Positions 1 to 8,972 of a DNA stretch of 45,173 nucleotides are shown here, in pieces; position 1 is the stretch's first letter; every line of letters starts with the position of its first letter. Source of the stretch: Actinomycetota bacterium (GTDB taxonomy: Bacteria; Actinomycetota; Acidimicrobiia; Acidimicrobiales; Ilumatobacteraceae); NCBI GenBank assembly GCA_041178585.1, contig JBEGVD010000021.1:1-45173 (forward strand), given 5' to 3'. The position numbers and the translations under genes were made by a program. The notes under the pieces were generated by a model. It was not told the DNA's origin. It saw only the letters and a program-made list of their open reading frames with translations, and did not search any database.

Positions 1-906
1 GCAGATGATCTTGCACATCAGTTGTACGACTCATTGCACAACAAGTTGATGATGCTTCCTGATGCAACGAAGGTGTATCCAGCTCACGGTGCCGGTTCGT
101 CCTGTGGAAAGAATCTGTCCACCGAGACGGTGTCCACTATTGGCGAACAGCGCAGAACGAACTATGCGTTGGCTCCAATGACAGTTGAACAGTTTGTGGA
201 AGCGGTAACGCAGGGTCAATCGGTTGCCCCGTTGTACTTCTCATTCGCAGCAACAAAGAACCGACAAGCTCACGAGCTGTTCGTCGACAGCAAGGAAATC
301 ACCATGATGACGCTTGATGAAGTAATCGCAGCGCAGTCAAATGGCGCTGTGGTTATTGATTCGCGTGATGATATGAGCTTTGCTGCTGGTCACCTTCAAG
401 GTTCGGTCAACGTAGGGCTGTCTGGTCGATTCGCCGAATATGTGGGCGAAGTGATGGACCCAGGTACTGCGATAGTGCTGGTTTGTGAAACTGGAACTGA
501 AGCGGAAGCAAGAATGCGTTTATCAAGAATTGGCTTTGACAACGTGCTCGGTGCGCTACGTGAACCTGTGCGCGTGTTCTTCGAGAATCCGGGCGTCGTC
601 GAACAACAGTCACGGCTGTCTGTGGATGCATTTAATGAGCGCATCTCATCAATGAGCAATGTCGTTCTGGTAGACATCCGCAATCAAGGCGAAGTTGAAT
701 TAGGAAGCATTCCGAACGCGCTTCATATCAGCTTGCCATCGCTGTTAAAGCGAATGAATGAACTTGACAAAAAGGCACCAATTGTTGTGTTCTGCAGAGG
801 TGGTTACCGGTCGTCAATCGCTTCAAGTTTGCTGAAGTCGCACGGTTTTACTGACGTTAGTGACCTAATAGGTGGCTATACGGCGTGGGTTGGCCTCGAA
901 TCGTGA
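1..906 (+). CDS. MBL-fold hydrolase (persulfide dioxygenase-like) C-terminal part fused to two rhodanese domains; 5' end cut by window edge
   Basis: The frame is open from base 1, so the listed 22 start is only an internal TTG. YPAHGAGSSCGK is the end of a beta-lactamase-fold domain. Two rhodanese-like modules follow, and the second has an intact active-site loop FCRGGYRSS. Confidence 0.8.
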   Translation, partial: ADDLAHQLYDSLHNKLMMLPDATKVYPAHGAGSSCGKNLSTETVSTIGEQRRTNYALAPMTVEQFVEAVTQGQSVAPLYFSFAATKNRQAHELFVDSKEITMMTLDEVIAAQSNGAVVIDSRDDMSFAAGHLQGSVNVGLSGRFAEYVGEVMDPGTAIVLVCETGTEAEARMRLSRIGFDNVLGALREPVRVFFENPGVVEQQSRLSVDAFNERISSMSNVVLVDIRNQGEVELGSIPNALHISLPSLLKRMNELDKKAPIVVFCRGGYRSSIASSLLKSHGFTDVSDLIGGYTAWVGLES

Positions 907-1514
907 ATTTGAAAAACCATTGGGACAGCGCTTACTCAACAAAAGCAGTAAACGATCGTTCGTGGAGTGAAAACAGCGAAAGCGATGCTCTGGGCGAATT
1001 TGATTCTGTGAGCCTGTCAAGCACAGATGGAATCATCGATGTTGGTGGTGGTGTATCAACATTTGTGAAGTCACTTGTGCAACGCGGTTACAACAACGTC
1101 ACCGTGCTTGATGTTTCACAAGAAGCTATTGCTGAAGCGAAATTGATGTTGGGTATCGCATGTGAATCTGTCAAGTGGATCGTTGCCGACGTATTGCAGT
1201 GGGAGCCAACAGAGACATATTTCTATTGGAACGATCGAGCAGTTTTTCACTTCTTAGTGAATGAAGAAGATCAACTGGCATACGTTGGCAAGGTGTTGCG
1301 TGCAACTCATCCAGGGTCACACATTGTGATTGCTACATTTGCGCCAGATGGGCCAGAGTCGTGTTCTGGCTTGCCAGTGAACCGATGGTCGCAAGAGGGT
1401 TTAGCCACGTTGTTTGCGGATTCCTGCAGCGTTGTTCGAAGTGGACAAAGAGTCCACATCACTCCTTGGGGATCAGAGCAGTTGTTTACGTGGGTGCACC
1501 TATTGCGTAACTGA
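903..1514 (+). CDS. class I SAM-dependent methyltransferase
   Basis: SAM-binding motif [11 protein letters not shown]...VLDVS. The GTG at 903 overlaps the upstream TGA (GTGA), which I prefer over the listed 885 start. Confidence 0.75.
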   Translation: MNLKNHWDSAYSTKAVNDRSWSENSESDALGEFDSVSLSSTDGIIDVGGGVSTFVKSLVQRGYNNVTVLDVSQEAIAEAKLMLGIACESVKWIVADVLQWEPTETYFYWNDRAVFHFLVNEEDQLAYVGKVLRATHPGSHIVIATFAPDGPESCSGLPVNRWSQEGLATLFADSCSVVRSGQRVHITPWGSEQLFTWVHLLRN

Positions 1515-2390
1515 TGCCGCGTGTGATGGGCACCGAGGAATTGGATGCTGCTCAAAACAGGAATCGCAGAGCAAAATCCGTTTACGGCAATCACTCAGTT
1601 CGCAGTTGTGGAATTGGTTTGTAGCCGATTGGCAGTAATCGCACTCGCCAATTACTGATGCCGACGGGCTGAACTCAAGATTGAGACGCGCGTCAAACAC
1701 GTACAACGACCCTTCCCACAGACCGCGATCTCGGTATTTCTCGCCATAGCGAACAATGCCACCTTCCATTTGGTAAATCTCTTTGAATCCACGGTTCTTC
1801 ATGATCAGAGAAAGCACTTCGCAACGAATTCCACCCGTGCAGTAGGTGATAATCGGTTTGTCCTTGATGTGGTCGTATTTGCCGCTCTCTAATTCAGCGA
1901 TGAAATCTCGTGTCGATTCGGTTTGGGGAACGATGGCATCACGAAACTTTCCTATCTTTGCTTCAAAAGCGTTGCGTCCATCAAAAAACACCACATCGTC
2001 TCGTTTGGAAACTAGGTCGTTAACTTCTTCGGGTTTCAGATGAATGCCACCGCCGACAATTCCATTTTCATCCACAACGATTTCGTCTGGCACGCCGAAG
2101 GTAACTATCTCGCTACGAACCTTGATCTGCAGGTCGGGAAAGTCATCTTTACCGCCATCGGACCACTTGAACTCCATGGTCTTGAAGCTTGGGTAGCTCT
2201 TCGTGACCCTGATGTACTTCTTCACTTTGTCAATTGGGCCGCCAACCGTTCCATTGATTCCATGCTTGGAGATCAAGATACGACCGTGCAATCCCAGACT
2301 TTCGCACAAAGCTCTCTGCCACAGCCGAATTGCGTCAGGGTCAGCTATCGGCGTGAACTTGTAATACAGAAGGATTTTCGAGGTACTAAT
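1500..2390 (-). CDS. trhO: rhodanese-domain tRNA uridine(34) hydroxylase TrhO (YceA/UPF0176 family)
   Basis: YCTGGIRCE active-site loop, GINGTVGG, and a Cys-rich C-terminus (CDYC...CELSDC...CDSC). The conserved N-terminus [27 protein letters not shown] lies upstream of the listed TTG (2309), in an open frame that reaches 2399. The start is placed provisionally at ATT 2390 (see findings). Confidence 0.75.
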   Translation of the reverse strand: MSTSKILLYYKFTPIADPDAIRLWQRALCESLGLHGRILISKHGINGTVGGPIDKVKKYIRVTKSYPSFKTMEFKWSDGGKDDFPDLQIKVRSEIVTFGVPDEIVVDENGIVGGGIHLKPEEVNDLVSKRDDVVFFDGRNAFEAKIGKFRDAIVPQTESTRDFIAELESGKYDHIKDKPIITYCTGGIRCEVLSLIMKNRGFKEIYQMEGGIVRYGEKYRDRGLWEGSLYVFDARLNLEFSPSASVIGECDYCQSATNQFHNCELSDCRKRILLCDSCFEQHPIPRCPSHAASVTQ

Positions 2391-2427
2391 GACTCCAGTT
2401 TATACGCTGTATTTATGGTGATTGATA

Positions 2428-2916
2428 ATGACTGACATCATCGTTCGCGAACTGCGCGTTACTGATCTCGAGGTTGTGTGGTCAATTAATCAAGAGAACG
2501 TTCCCGCGGTGGGAGAAGAGACTCTTGCGGATCTTTCGAAGATTCACGATCAATCGACAATTGCTTTAGTTGCTGAAGTATCCGATCAGATTGTTGGTTT
2601 CTGTATGGTCTTGTTGCCTGGCGCCGACTACGGCAGTCCAAACTATGAATTTTTCTGCGATCGACTAGACAATTTCATCTACCTCGATCGAGTAGCGGTG
2701 ACCGAGAATTTCCAGGGAATGGGAATAGGGTCGGCACTGTATCGCGAAGTGGAAATGAGGGCAGATGCCGAGTGGTTTGCGCTTGAGGTCAATACAAAAC
2801 CTCGCAACGAAGGCTCTCTTCGTTTTCATGCCCGAGAGGGTTTCGTGCAGATGGAAGAATTAGAGACGCGGCCTGGGAAAACGGTCAGCCTGATGGTGAA
2901 GAAATTGAAGGGTTAG
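2428..2916 (+). CDS. GNAT family N-acetyltransferase
   Basis: Acetyl-CoA binding motif VTENFQGMGIGSALY. ATG at 2428 (TTG at 2422 is also possible). Confidence 0.8.
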   Translation: MTDIIVRELRVTDLEVVWSINQENVPAVGEETLADLSKIHDQSTIALVAEVSDQIVGFCMVLLPGADYGSPNYEFFCDRLDNFIYLDRVAVTENFQGMGIGSALYREVEMRADAEWFALEVNTKPRNEGSLRFHAREGFVQMEELETRPGKTVSLMVKKLKG

Positions 2917-2923
2917 AGACGAC

Positions 2924-3679
2924 ATGCCAAACGTTGCTGTAATTACTGGTGCTGCACAAGGTATCGGTCGCAGAACTGCGCAGGTATTAAACGAACAAGG
3001 TTGGAGTTTGTTGTTGCTCGATCTGCAATCAGTTGATGTGTCGGAATACAAATCGGCATTGGCACTTGCTGGAGACATCTCAGATGAACAGTTTGTTGAA
3101 ACTGCCGCAACCAAATGCATTGAAAAGTTTGGGCGTGTCGATGCTTTGGTAAATAACGCAGGAATCTCATGCATCAGTTCCGCCCTTGACACTTCTGCTG
3201 AGTTGTATCGCAAAGTTATTGATGTCAATTTGGTCGCTCCATTTCTTTTGGCAAAAGCATTCGGACGCGTGATGGTTGCGAACAGTTCAGGATCAGTTGT
3301 GAACGTGGCATCGGTTGCTGGTTTGCAAGGCGTTGCTGATCGTTCGGCTTACAACGCAAGCAAGCACGGACTGATTGGTCTCACTCGAACGCTTGCTGTG
3401 GAGTGGGGTGCAAAAGGCATTCGCGTGAACGCGGTGTGTCCTGGTTGGGTAAAGACCGAAATGGATCACAAGGATCAAGCTGGTGGAAGCTATAGCGACG
3501 CCGACATCATGGACCATGTGCCGATGGGGCGTTTTGCCAAGCCCGACGACATCGCCCAAGCAATTGCCTTTTTGTGTGACTCATCTAAGTCTTCATTCAT
3601 CAATGGTGTTTCGCTGCCCGTAGATGGCGGATGGACTGCCGATGGATCTTGGCAGTCCCTTCGACTGAAGCATCGATAA
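2924..3679 (+). CDS. SDR family oxidoreductase
   Basis: TGAAQGIGRRTA Rossmann motif, NNAG, and catalytic YNASK. Confidence 0.85.
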   Translation: MPNVAVITGAAQGIGRRTAQVLNEQGWSLLLLDLQSVDVSEYKSALALAGDISDEQFVETAATKCIEKFGRVDALVNNAGISCISSALDTSAELYRKVIDVNLVAPFLLAKAFGRVMVANSSGSVVNVASVAGLQGVADRSAYNASKHGLIGLTRTLAVEWGAKGIRVNAVCPGWVKTEMDHKDQAGGSYSDADIMDHVPMGRFAKPDDIAQAIAFLCDSSKSSFINGVSLPVDGGWTADGSWQSLRLKHR

Positions 3680-4977
3680 TGGGCGATAGCCCGAACGAAG
3701 ATCGATTCAATCGAGTCCTCGGGCTTCGACACCTAACTGCGAGTGGCATCGGCGTCATTATCGGCGCTGGAATCTATGTGTTACTTGGACCTGCAACTCA
3801 AGCTGCCGGCGGTTTGGTGTGGGCATCATTTCTCGTGGCTGGATTGCTGAGTGCGCTGACAGCTTTCAGTTATATGGAGTTGGCTTCCATGTTTCCAAGT
3901 GCCGGGTCGGAACATGAATTTGCTCGGCAGGTGTTTCCACGCTGGGTGTCGTTCACAACGGGTTGGGCAATGATGCTTGCGCTCATTGTTGCGGCTTCAA
4001 CGGTGTCGCTTGGGTTCGCGCGGTACCTACAGTTGTTCATTGACGTTGATGTGCGGGTAGGGGCTCTTTTCCTGCTGCTTCTTGTTTCATTTATCGCAGT
4101 GAGTGGTATGAAGCGCGCATCGTGGTTGATTATCGCATTGAGTTCGATACAAGTTGGCGGACTGGTGTTGGTCATCGTCTTAGGGGCAGACCATGTTGGA
4201 GATGTGAATTTGTTGCAAGGCAAAGGAGTCTCTGGAGTGCTTGCTGGGTCGGCGCTCATATTCTTCGCATTCATCGGGTTCGATGAGGTGATCACGCTGT
4301 CCGAAGAAACTATTGACGCGCGTCGAACCGTGCCTAGGGCTTTGTTTATTGCTCTTGCGCTTTCAACATTTCTGTACGTGCTTGTAGCAATTGTCAGTGT
4401 CAGCGTGTTGGGGGCCGACCAGCTTGCATTGTCGCACCAACCGCTTACTGATGTTGTTCGCGATGCGGTCGGCGGAGGAGCAGTAAATGTCGTTACTACA
4501 ATCGCGCTGGTAACAACATTCAACACAACGTTGCTAGTGGTGACAGCAGCGTCGCGCATGATGTACGGCATGGCGTCCAAAGGGGACTTACCTATGTGGT
4601 TTGGATCCATCAAGAATCGTCAGTCGCCTCGAAACTCCGTGGTTGCTGCCTTGTGCGGTTCGAGCGCGCTGCTGATTATTGGGGATATCCATCGGCTTGC
4701 TGCTGCCACTGATGCACTGATCTATTTGATGTTCCTGCTGGTGAATGTGATTGTGATCATATTGAGATTCAGGCGACCAGACGAGAACAGACCTTTTCGC
4801 ATTCCTGGCGATTTCGGTCAACTACCAATTCTTCCAATATTTGGTGTTCTCGCAACGGTGGTGATGGCTTCCCAGCTTGAGATTGCGAGTATCGCGTTGG
4901 CCTCTGTGCTGACAGCGATGGGACCTGCACTGTTTCTTGTAGTAAGAATGAGATATGGCAAACAAAGAACAGAATAA
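3679..4977 (+). CDS. APC-superfamily amino acid permease
   Basis: About 12 hydrophobic segments and an APC N-terminal signature GIGVIIGAGIYVL. The ATG at 3679 overlaps the upstream TAA (TAATG). Confidence 0.85.
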   Translation: MGDSPNEDRFNRVLGLRHLTASGIGVIIGAGIYVLLGPATQAAGGLVWASFLVAGLLSALTAFSYMELASMFPSAGSEHEFARQVFPRWVSFTTGWAMMLALIVAASTVSLGFARYLQLFIDVDVRVGALFLLLLVSFIAVSGMKRASWLIIALSSIQVGGLVLVIVLGADHVGDVNLLQGKGVSGVLAGSALIFFAFIGFDEVITLSEETIDARRTVPRALFIALALSTFLYVLVAIVSVSVLGADQLALSHQPLTDVVRDAVGGGAVNVVTTIALVTTFNTTLLVVTAASRMMYGMASKGDLPMWFGSIKNRQSPRNSVVAALCGSSALLIIGDIHRLAAATDALIYLMFLLVNVIVIILRFRRPDENRPFRIPGDFGQLPILPIFGVLATVVMASQLEIASIALASVLTAMGPALFLVVRMRYGKQRTE

Positions 4978-5056
4978 GAACAGCAACCAGAAAAAAGAAG
5001 CAAAGCTCACGTTGAAAGAAAAACGTGCGAAGAAAGCTGAAAAAAAGAAGTCTTAA
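4955..5056 (+). CDS. candidate 33-aa lysine-rich small protein (MANKEQNKNSNQKKEAKLTLKEKRAKKAEKKKS)
   Basis: ATG-to-TAA ORF below the 60-aa track cutoff. It fills the purine-rich gap between two convergent genes. No strong SD; no homology check was possible. Confidence 0.25.
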   Translation: MANKEQNKNSNQKKEAKLTLKEKRAKKAEKKKS

Positions 5057-5721
5057 ATTCTCTTAAAAATCACTACGCGAGCTTTATCACCGAAGTGCGG
5101 GCTGCCTTCGGCATAAATTTCAACTTCTTCATATTGCGGTTTTGTGATGCTTTTGTTGTTGACCGCTTCCGTGATTGCGGTCGCGAAATCATTTTCTTCC
5201 CAGTGCTGTTTGTTCACGCCTGCAACGATCGTTGCACCAGAGCGACACACACTTATGGCGTCAATTAATTCATAGGCCCCTAGGTGTCCAATCGTGAAGG
5301 CTCCGGCGCTAACAAGAAAATCGAAGTGGTTGGCTGCAAAGTAAATGGTTCCGGTGAGATCGGCTTCGTGTAAATCCTCATAGATCCTTGATCCATCTTC
5401 GCGAAGTTTGGATGCGGCAACAGCAAGCATCTCGGGTGAAATGTCCACGCCTTCAATCACGCAGGTGGGACGAATCTTCACAATTGCTTCACCAACTGCT
5501 CCAGTGCCGCAACCAATGTCAATCACGCTGAAGGAGCGGTCAGTGGGCATGTGTTTTGCCAGAACCTCAGCAACCTTGGTGGGGTAGACATACTTGGTTT
5601 CCTCAATAAAGGTTTTGTCGTAGGTGGGTGCCCACTGTGCGTACAACTCGCGGCTGTCTTCGGGGGTAGCGAGGTCGTATGCGTCTTTTAGGGTGATGGA
5701 TTTCTTTGCTTTTTCGGCCAC
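5053..5721 (-). CDS. class I SAM-dependent methyltransferase
   Basis: VIDIGCGTGAVGEAI SAM motif and DLLVSAGAF-type motif II. Confidence 0.8.
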   Translation of the reverse strand: MAEKAKKSITLKDAYDLATPEDSRELYAQWAPTYDKTFIEETKYVYPTKVAEVLAKHMPTDRSFSVIDIGCGTGAVGEAIVKIRPTCVIEGVDISPEMLAVAASKLREDGSRIYEDLHEADLTGTIYFAANHFDFLVSAGAFTIGHLGAYELIDAISVCRSGATIVAGVNKQHWEENDFATAITEAVNNKSITKPQYEEVEIYAEGSPHFGDKARVVIFKRI

Positions 5722-5767
5722 GCCGTTATTGTAACTGCAGTCGTTTTATGCGAGCCGGGGGGTCGTA

Positions 5768-7303
5768 ATGAAGGTGCCGTTGACTGTTGTTGATCATCTG
5801 CGTCGCGCAGAACAGGTGTACGGGCATCGCACTGCGTTCATTGATGAGCCTGATCAGCCTGCTGAGTCGTGGGGAACACAGACCTATGCAGAGATGGCGC
5901 GTAGAGCACGTGCACAAGCCGCGGCGCTAGACAAATTGGGTGTGGCTCAAGGTGCCCGCGTTGCTGTTGTGAGTCAGAACTCCGCACGGCTTCTTACCAG
6001 CTTCTTTGGTGTAAGCGCGTACGGACGAATTCTCGCTCCGATTAACTTCCGATTGTCTGCTGAAGAAGTCGCATACATCGTTGATCACTGCGGCGCAGAT
6101 GTGCTCATTGTTGATCCAGAACTGGAAGATTCGCTAAAGAATGTTTCCGCGAAACATCGCTTTGTGATCGGGGCCGAGAGCGATGAAGCTTTGTATGACT
6201 ATTCCTCAGAACCTAAACCGTGGATGCCAGATGAAGATGCAACGGCGACAATCAACTACACCAGTGGGACGACAGCCCGACCAAAGGGCGTTCAACTTAC
6301 TCATCGCAATATTTGGTTGAACTCCACGACGTTTGGTTGGCACATGGGTGTGAACGATCGCGATGTGTATTTGCATACTTTGCCCCAGTTCCATTGCAAC
6401 GGTTGGGGAATGGTGTACGCAGTAACTGCAATGGGGGGCACCCATGTGGTGCTGCGCAAAGTTGATGGAGCAGAAATTCTCCGTCGTGTAGATCAGCACG
6501 GTGTCACACTGTTGTGTGGTGCTCCAGCAGTGGCAAACGCCATTATCGATTCGTCTTCGCAGTTCGATTCAGGTGTTCCAGGAAAAGGAACTGTTCGTAT
6601 GGTTGTCGCAGGAGCACCACCGCCATCAAAGACCATTGAACGAGTAGAGACAGAACTCGGCTGGCAGTTCAACCAGCTGTACGGACTTACCGAAACATCT
6701 CCTGTGTTGACGCTCAATCGTCCTCGCTTCGAAACAGACCACCTAACGGCCGCAGAGCGTTCAGTTGTGCTCAGTGCTGCAGGATTTCCAACGATTGGAA
6801 CCGAGATGGCAACGAGTGCTGACGGCGAAGTGTTGGCGCGCAGCAACACCGTGATGGACGGATACTGGAACCAGCCCGAAGAGACAGCGAGAGCGATCGT
6901 GAATGGCTTCTTTCACACCGGTGACGGCGGAAGCATTGGGGAAGGCCATGCACTGACTATCAGTGACCGCAAGAAAGACGTCATTATTTCCGGTGGAGAG
7001 AACGTCAGTTCAATTGAAGTTGAGGATGCGTTGTTCTCGCACCCAGAGGTAACCGAAGTCGCTGTTATTGGAATTCCCGATGACAAGTGGGGAGAACTTG
7101 TACTGGGTCTAGTAGTGAAATCTCCAGGCTCGACTCTTTCAGAAGATGAATTGATTTCGTATTGCCGCACCAAGATTGCTGCGTACAAATGTCCGAAGAA
7201 AGTAGAGTTTCGGTCAGAGCTTGCACGCACAGCAACTGGAAAGTTGCAGAAGTTCAAACTTCGAGCACCATATTGGGACGGCTACACAAAGCAGGTGAAC
7301 TGA
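5768..7303 (+). CDS. AMP-dependent acyl-CoA synthetase/ligase
   Basis: Adenylate-forming motifs YTSGTTARPKGV, YGLTET, FHTGDGG, SGGENV and a C-terminal GKLQK. Confidence 0.85.
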   Translation: MKVPLTVVDHLRRAEQVYGHRTAFIDEPDQPAESWGTQTYAEMARRARAQAAALDKLGVAQGARVAVVSQNSARLLTSFFGVSAYGRILAPINFRLSAEEVAYIVDHCGADVLIVDPELEDSLKNVSAKHRFVIGAESDEALYDYSSEPKPWMPDEDATATINYTSGTTARPKGVQLTHRNIWLNSTTFGWHMGVNDRDVYLHTLPQFHCNGWGMVYAVTAMGGTHVVLRKVDGAEILRRVDQHGVTLLCGAPAVANAIIDSSSQFDSGVPGKGTVRMVVAGAPPPSKTIERVETELGWQFNQLYGLTETSPVLTLNRPRFETDHLTAAERSVVLSAAGFPTIGTEMATSADGEVLARSNTVMDGYWNQPEETARAIVNGFFHTGDGGSIGEGHALTISDRKKDVIISGGENVSSIEVEDALFSHPEVTEVAVIGIPDDKWGELVLGLVVKSPGSTLSEDELISYCRTKIAAYKCPKKVEFRSELARTATGKLQKFKLRAPYWDGYTKQVN

Positions 7304-8178
7304 TGTTGAGTAAGCAGCAAATTGAAGCAGCAATTGATCAGTTTCACGATGAGGGTTATGCAATTGTTCGTAACTTCCTTCCTGACGACGAATTGGCAGC
7401 GTTGCAGAAAAAGGCGGCTGAGTTGCGTGAGATTGCACTTGAGCATCCGGTCACGTATCGCCATGGAAACCTGACGTACGAAATCTTGCCTGAGGAGCAC
7501 TTTGGGAAGCGGTATGTCATTCAGGCGTATTGGTTCGCGTGGGCTGATGCATACTTTGACAAGTTCCGTAGCAACCCTCGATACCTGCAGCTGCTTGAGC
7601 CGCTCATCGGCAACAACGTCAAGCAAGTGACGCAGCAGATTCACTGGAAGCCACCAGGAGCTCGTCTAACCGGATACCGATTCCATCAAGACTTACGTTT
7701 CCGAGAAAGCCGCGAGTCATATGAAGATGTCGTTCGCGACACAGTCACCATGGGCTTAGCTATAGACAGAGCAACAACGGAAAACGGTTGCCTCAAGATC
7801 GTTCCTCGCAGCCACACCATGGGCTATCTCGGCCTTTCTGACAATGGCGATGGCCAAATTATGAAGGGTCTCACGCAAGACGATGAATTGGTGCAGGTGG
7901 GCATTGATCCATCACGAGTAATCGATGTAGAACTTGAACCAGGAGACCTCGTTGTATGGGGTCTGATGACCGTGCATGGTTCGTTGCCGAATGAATCGAT
8001 TCATGAGCGTGCATTTGCCATTTCAAGTTATGTACGGGGAGAAACCTCACAACGCGGTGAGTGGACGTTTAAGGACGGAAAGCCACAGATGCTTGGAGAA
8101 ACTCCTCAGTTGTGCAAGAACGAGAAACTGTTCCTTAACCTTGAGCCTCATTACGATGCGACCAAGTGGTTCCTCTGA
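7303..8178 (+). CDS. phytanoyl-CoA dioxygenase (PhyH) family Fe(II)/2-oxoglutarate oxygenase
   Basis: HxD facial-triad element RFHQD plus distal VHGSLPN. The ATG at 7303 overlaps the upstream TGA (TGATG), and the listed 7162 extension overlaps the ligase. Confidence 0.75.
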   Translation: MLSKQQIEAAIDQFHDEGYAIVRNFLPDDELAALQKKAAELREIALEHPVTYRHGNLTYEILPEEHFGKRYVIQAYWFAWADAYFDKFRSNPRYLQLLEPLIGNNVKQVTQQIHWKPPGARLTGYRFHQDLRFRESRESYEDVVRDTVTMGLAIDRATTENGCLKIVPRSHTMGYLGLSDNGDGQIMKGLTQDDELVQVGIDPSRVIDVELEPGDLVVWGLMTVHGSLPNESIHERAFAISSYVRGETSQRGEWTFKDGKPQMLGETPQLCKNEKLFLNLEPHYDATKWFL

Positions 8179-8192
8179 ACTAGCCTGCGCAC

Positions 8193-8969
8193 ATGATTTT
8201 AAATACATTGATTAACTCAGTCATTGTCATTGTTGTCAGCATGTTCCTACTGTGGGTTATCAGCGTGTTGAAAAAGAATGCATCAATAGTTGACATTTTC
8301 TGGGGTTTTGGTTTTGTCATCGTGGCGTGGGCGAGTGCAATCAATGCCGATCAAGTTTCCGTTCTAGGCAAGGTGGTTCTGGCGCTAGTGTCGCTTTGGG
8401 GATTACGACTATCGATCTATTTGGGCATTCGTAACCACGGTAAACCAGAGGATTTTCGCTATGTCGCAATGCGCAAGCACTATGGGCCGAGGTTTCCAAT
8501 AATCAGTTTGTTTACCGTGTTTTTGTTGCAGGGTGCGATCATGATGATTGTCTCGCTACCAGTTCAAATTGCTTTGTCCGATGCAAGTACTTCCTTGTCG
8601 ATTGTCAGTTATATCGGCATTGGTTTATTTGCTCTAGGAATCTTCTTTGAAGCAGTTGGCGACTGGCAGCTTGCTCATTTCAAGCGCAATCCGCAGAACG
8701 CTGGCCTAGTTATGCAAACAGGTTTGTGGAAGTACACACGACACCCGAATTATTTCGGTGATACCTGCGTGTGGTGGGGCATTGGCGTGGTTGCCCTCGG
8801 TGCAAGTTTCGGTTGGATCGGACTCTTTGGAAGTTTGTTAATGAACTTCTTCCTGGTTCGTGTTTCAGGGGTTCCGATGTTGGAGCGTTCAATGTCGAAG
8901 CGTCGCCCTGGTTACGACGAATACAAGCGACGTACCAGCAGTTTTGTGCCGCGTCCGCCGAAAAAGTAA
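8193..8969 (+). CDS. DUF1295 / steroid 5-alpha-reductase-like integral membrane protein
   Basis: Multi-TM protein with the family motif WKYTRHPNYFGD. Confidence 0.7.
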   Translation: MILNTLINSVIVIVVSMFLLWVISVLKKNASIVDIFWGFGFVIVAWASAINADQVSVLGKVVLALVSLWGLRLSIYLGIRNHGKPEDFRYVAMRKHYGPRFPIISLFTVFLLQGAIMMIVSLPVQIALSDASTSLSIVSYIGIGLFALGIFFEAVGDWQLAHFKRNPQNAGLVMQTGLWKYTRHPNYFGDTCVWWGIGVVALGASFGWIGLFGSLLMNFFLVRVSGVPMLERSMSKRRPGYDEYKRRTSSFVPRPPKK

Positions 8970-8972
8970 TGA

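Noticed and set aside
3870-4613. 247-aa ORF antisense to the APC permease
   Set aside because: It lies entirely within a well-supported permease CDS. Its low-complexity, Ser/Thr/Ala/Pro-rich translation is typical of shadow ORFs, and it has no motifs.
7162-7302. Long N-terminal extensions in the ORF track: 7162, 3631, 37721, 40135, 20190, 23899, 12900, 11339, 26613, 30032, 43853, 42873
   Set aside because: Each extension overlaps the preceding gene or adds residues upstream of a canonical family N-terminus. An internal ATG sitting at or overlapping the upstream stop codon gives the conserved N-terminus, so the shorter models were used.
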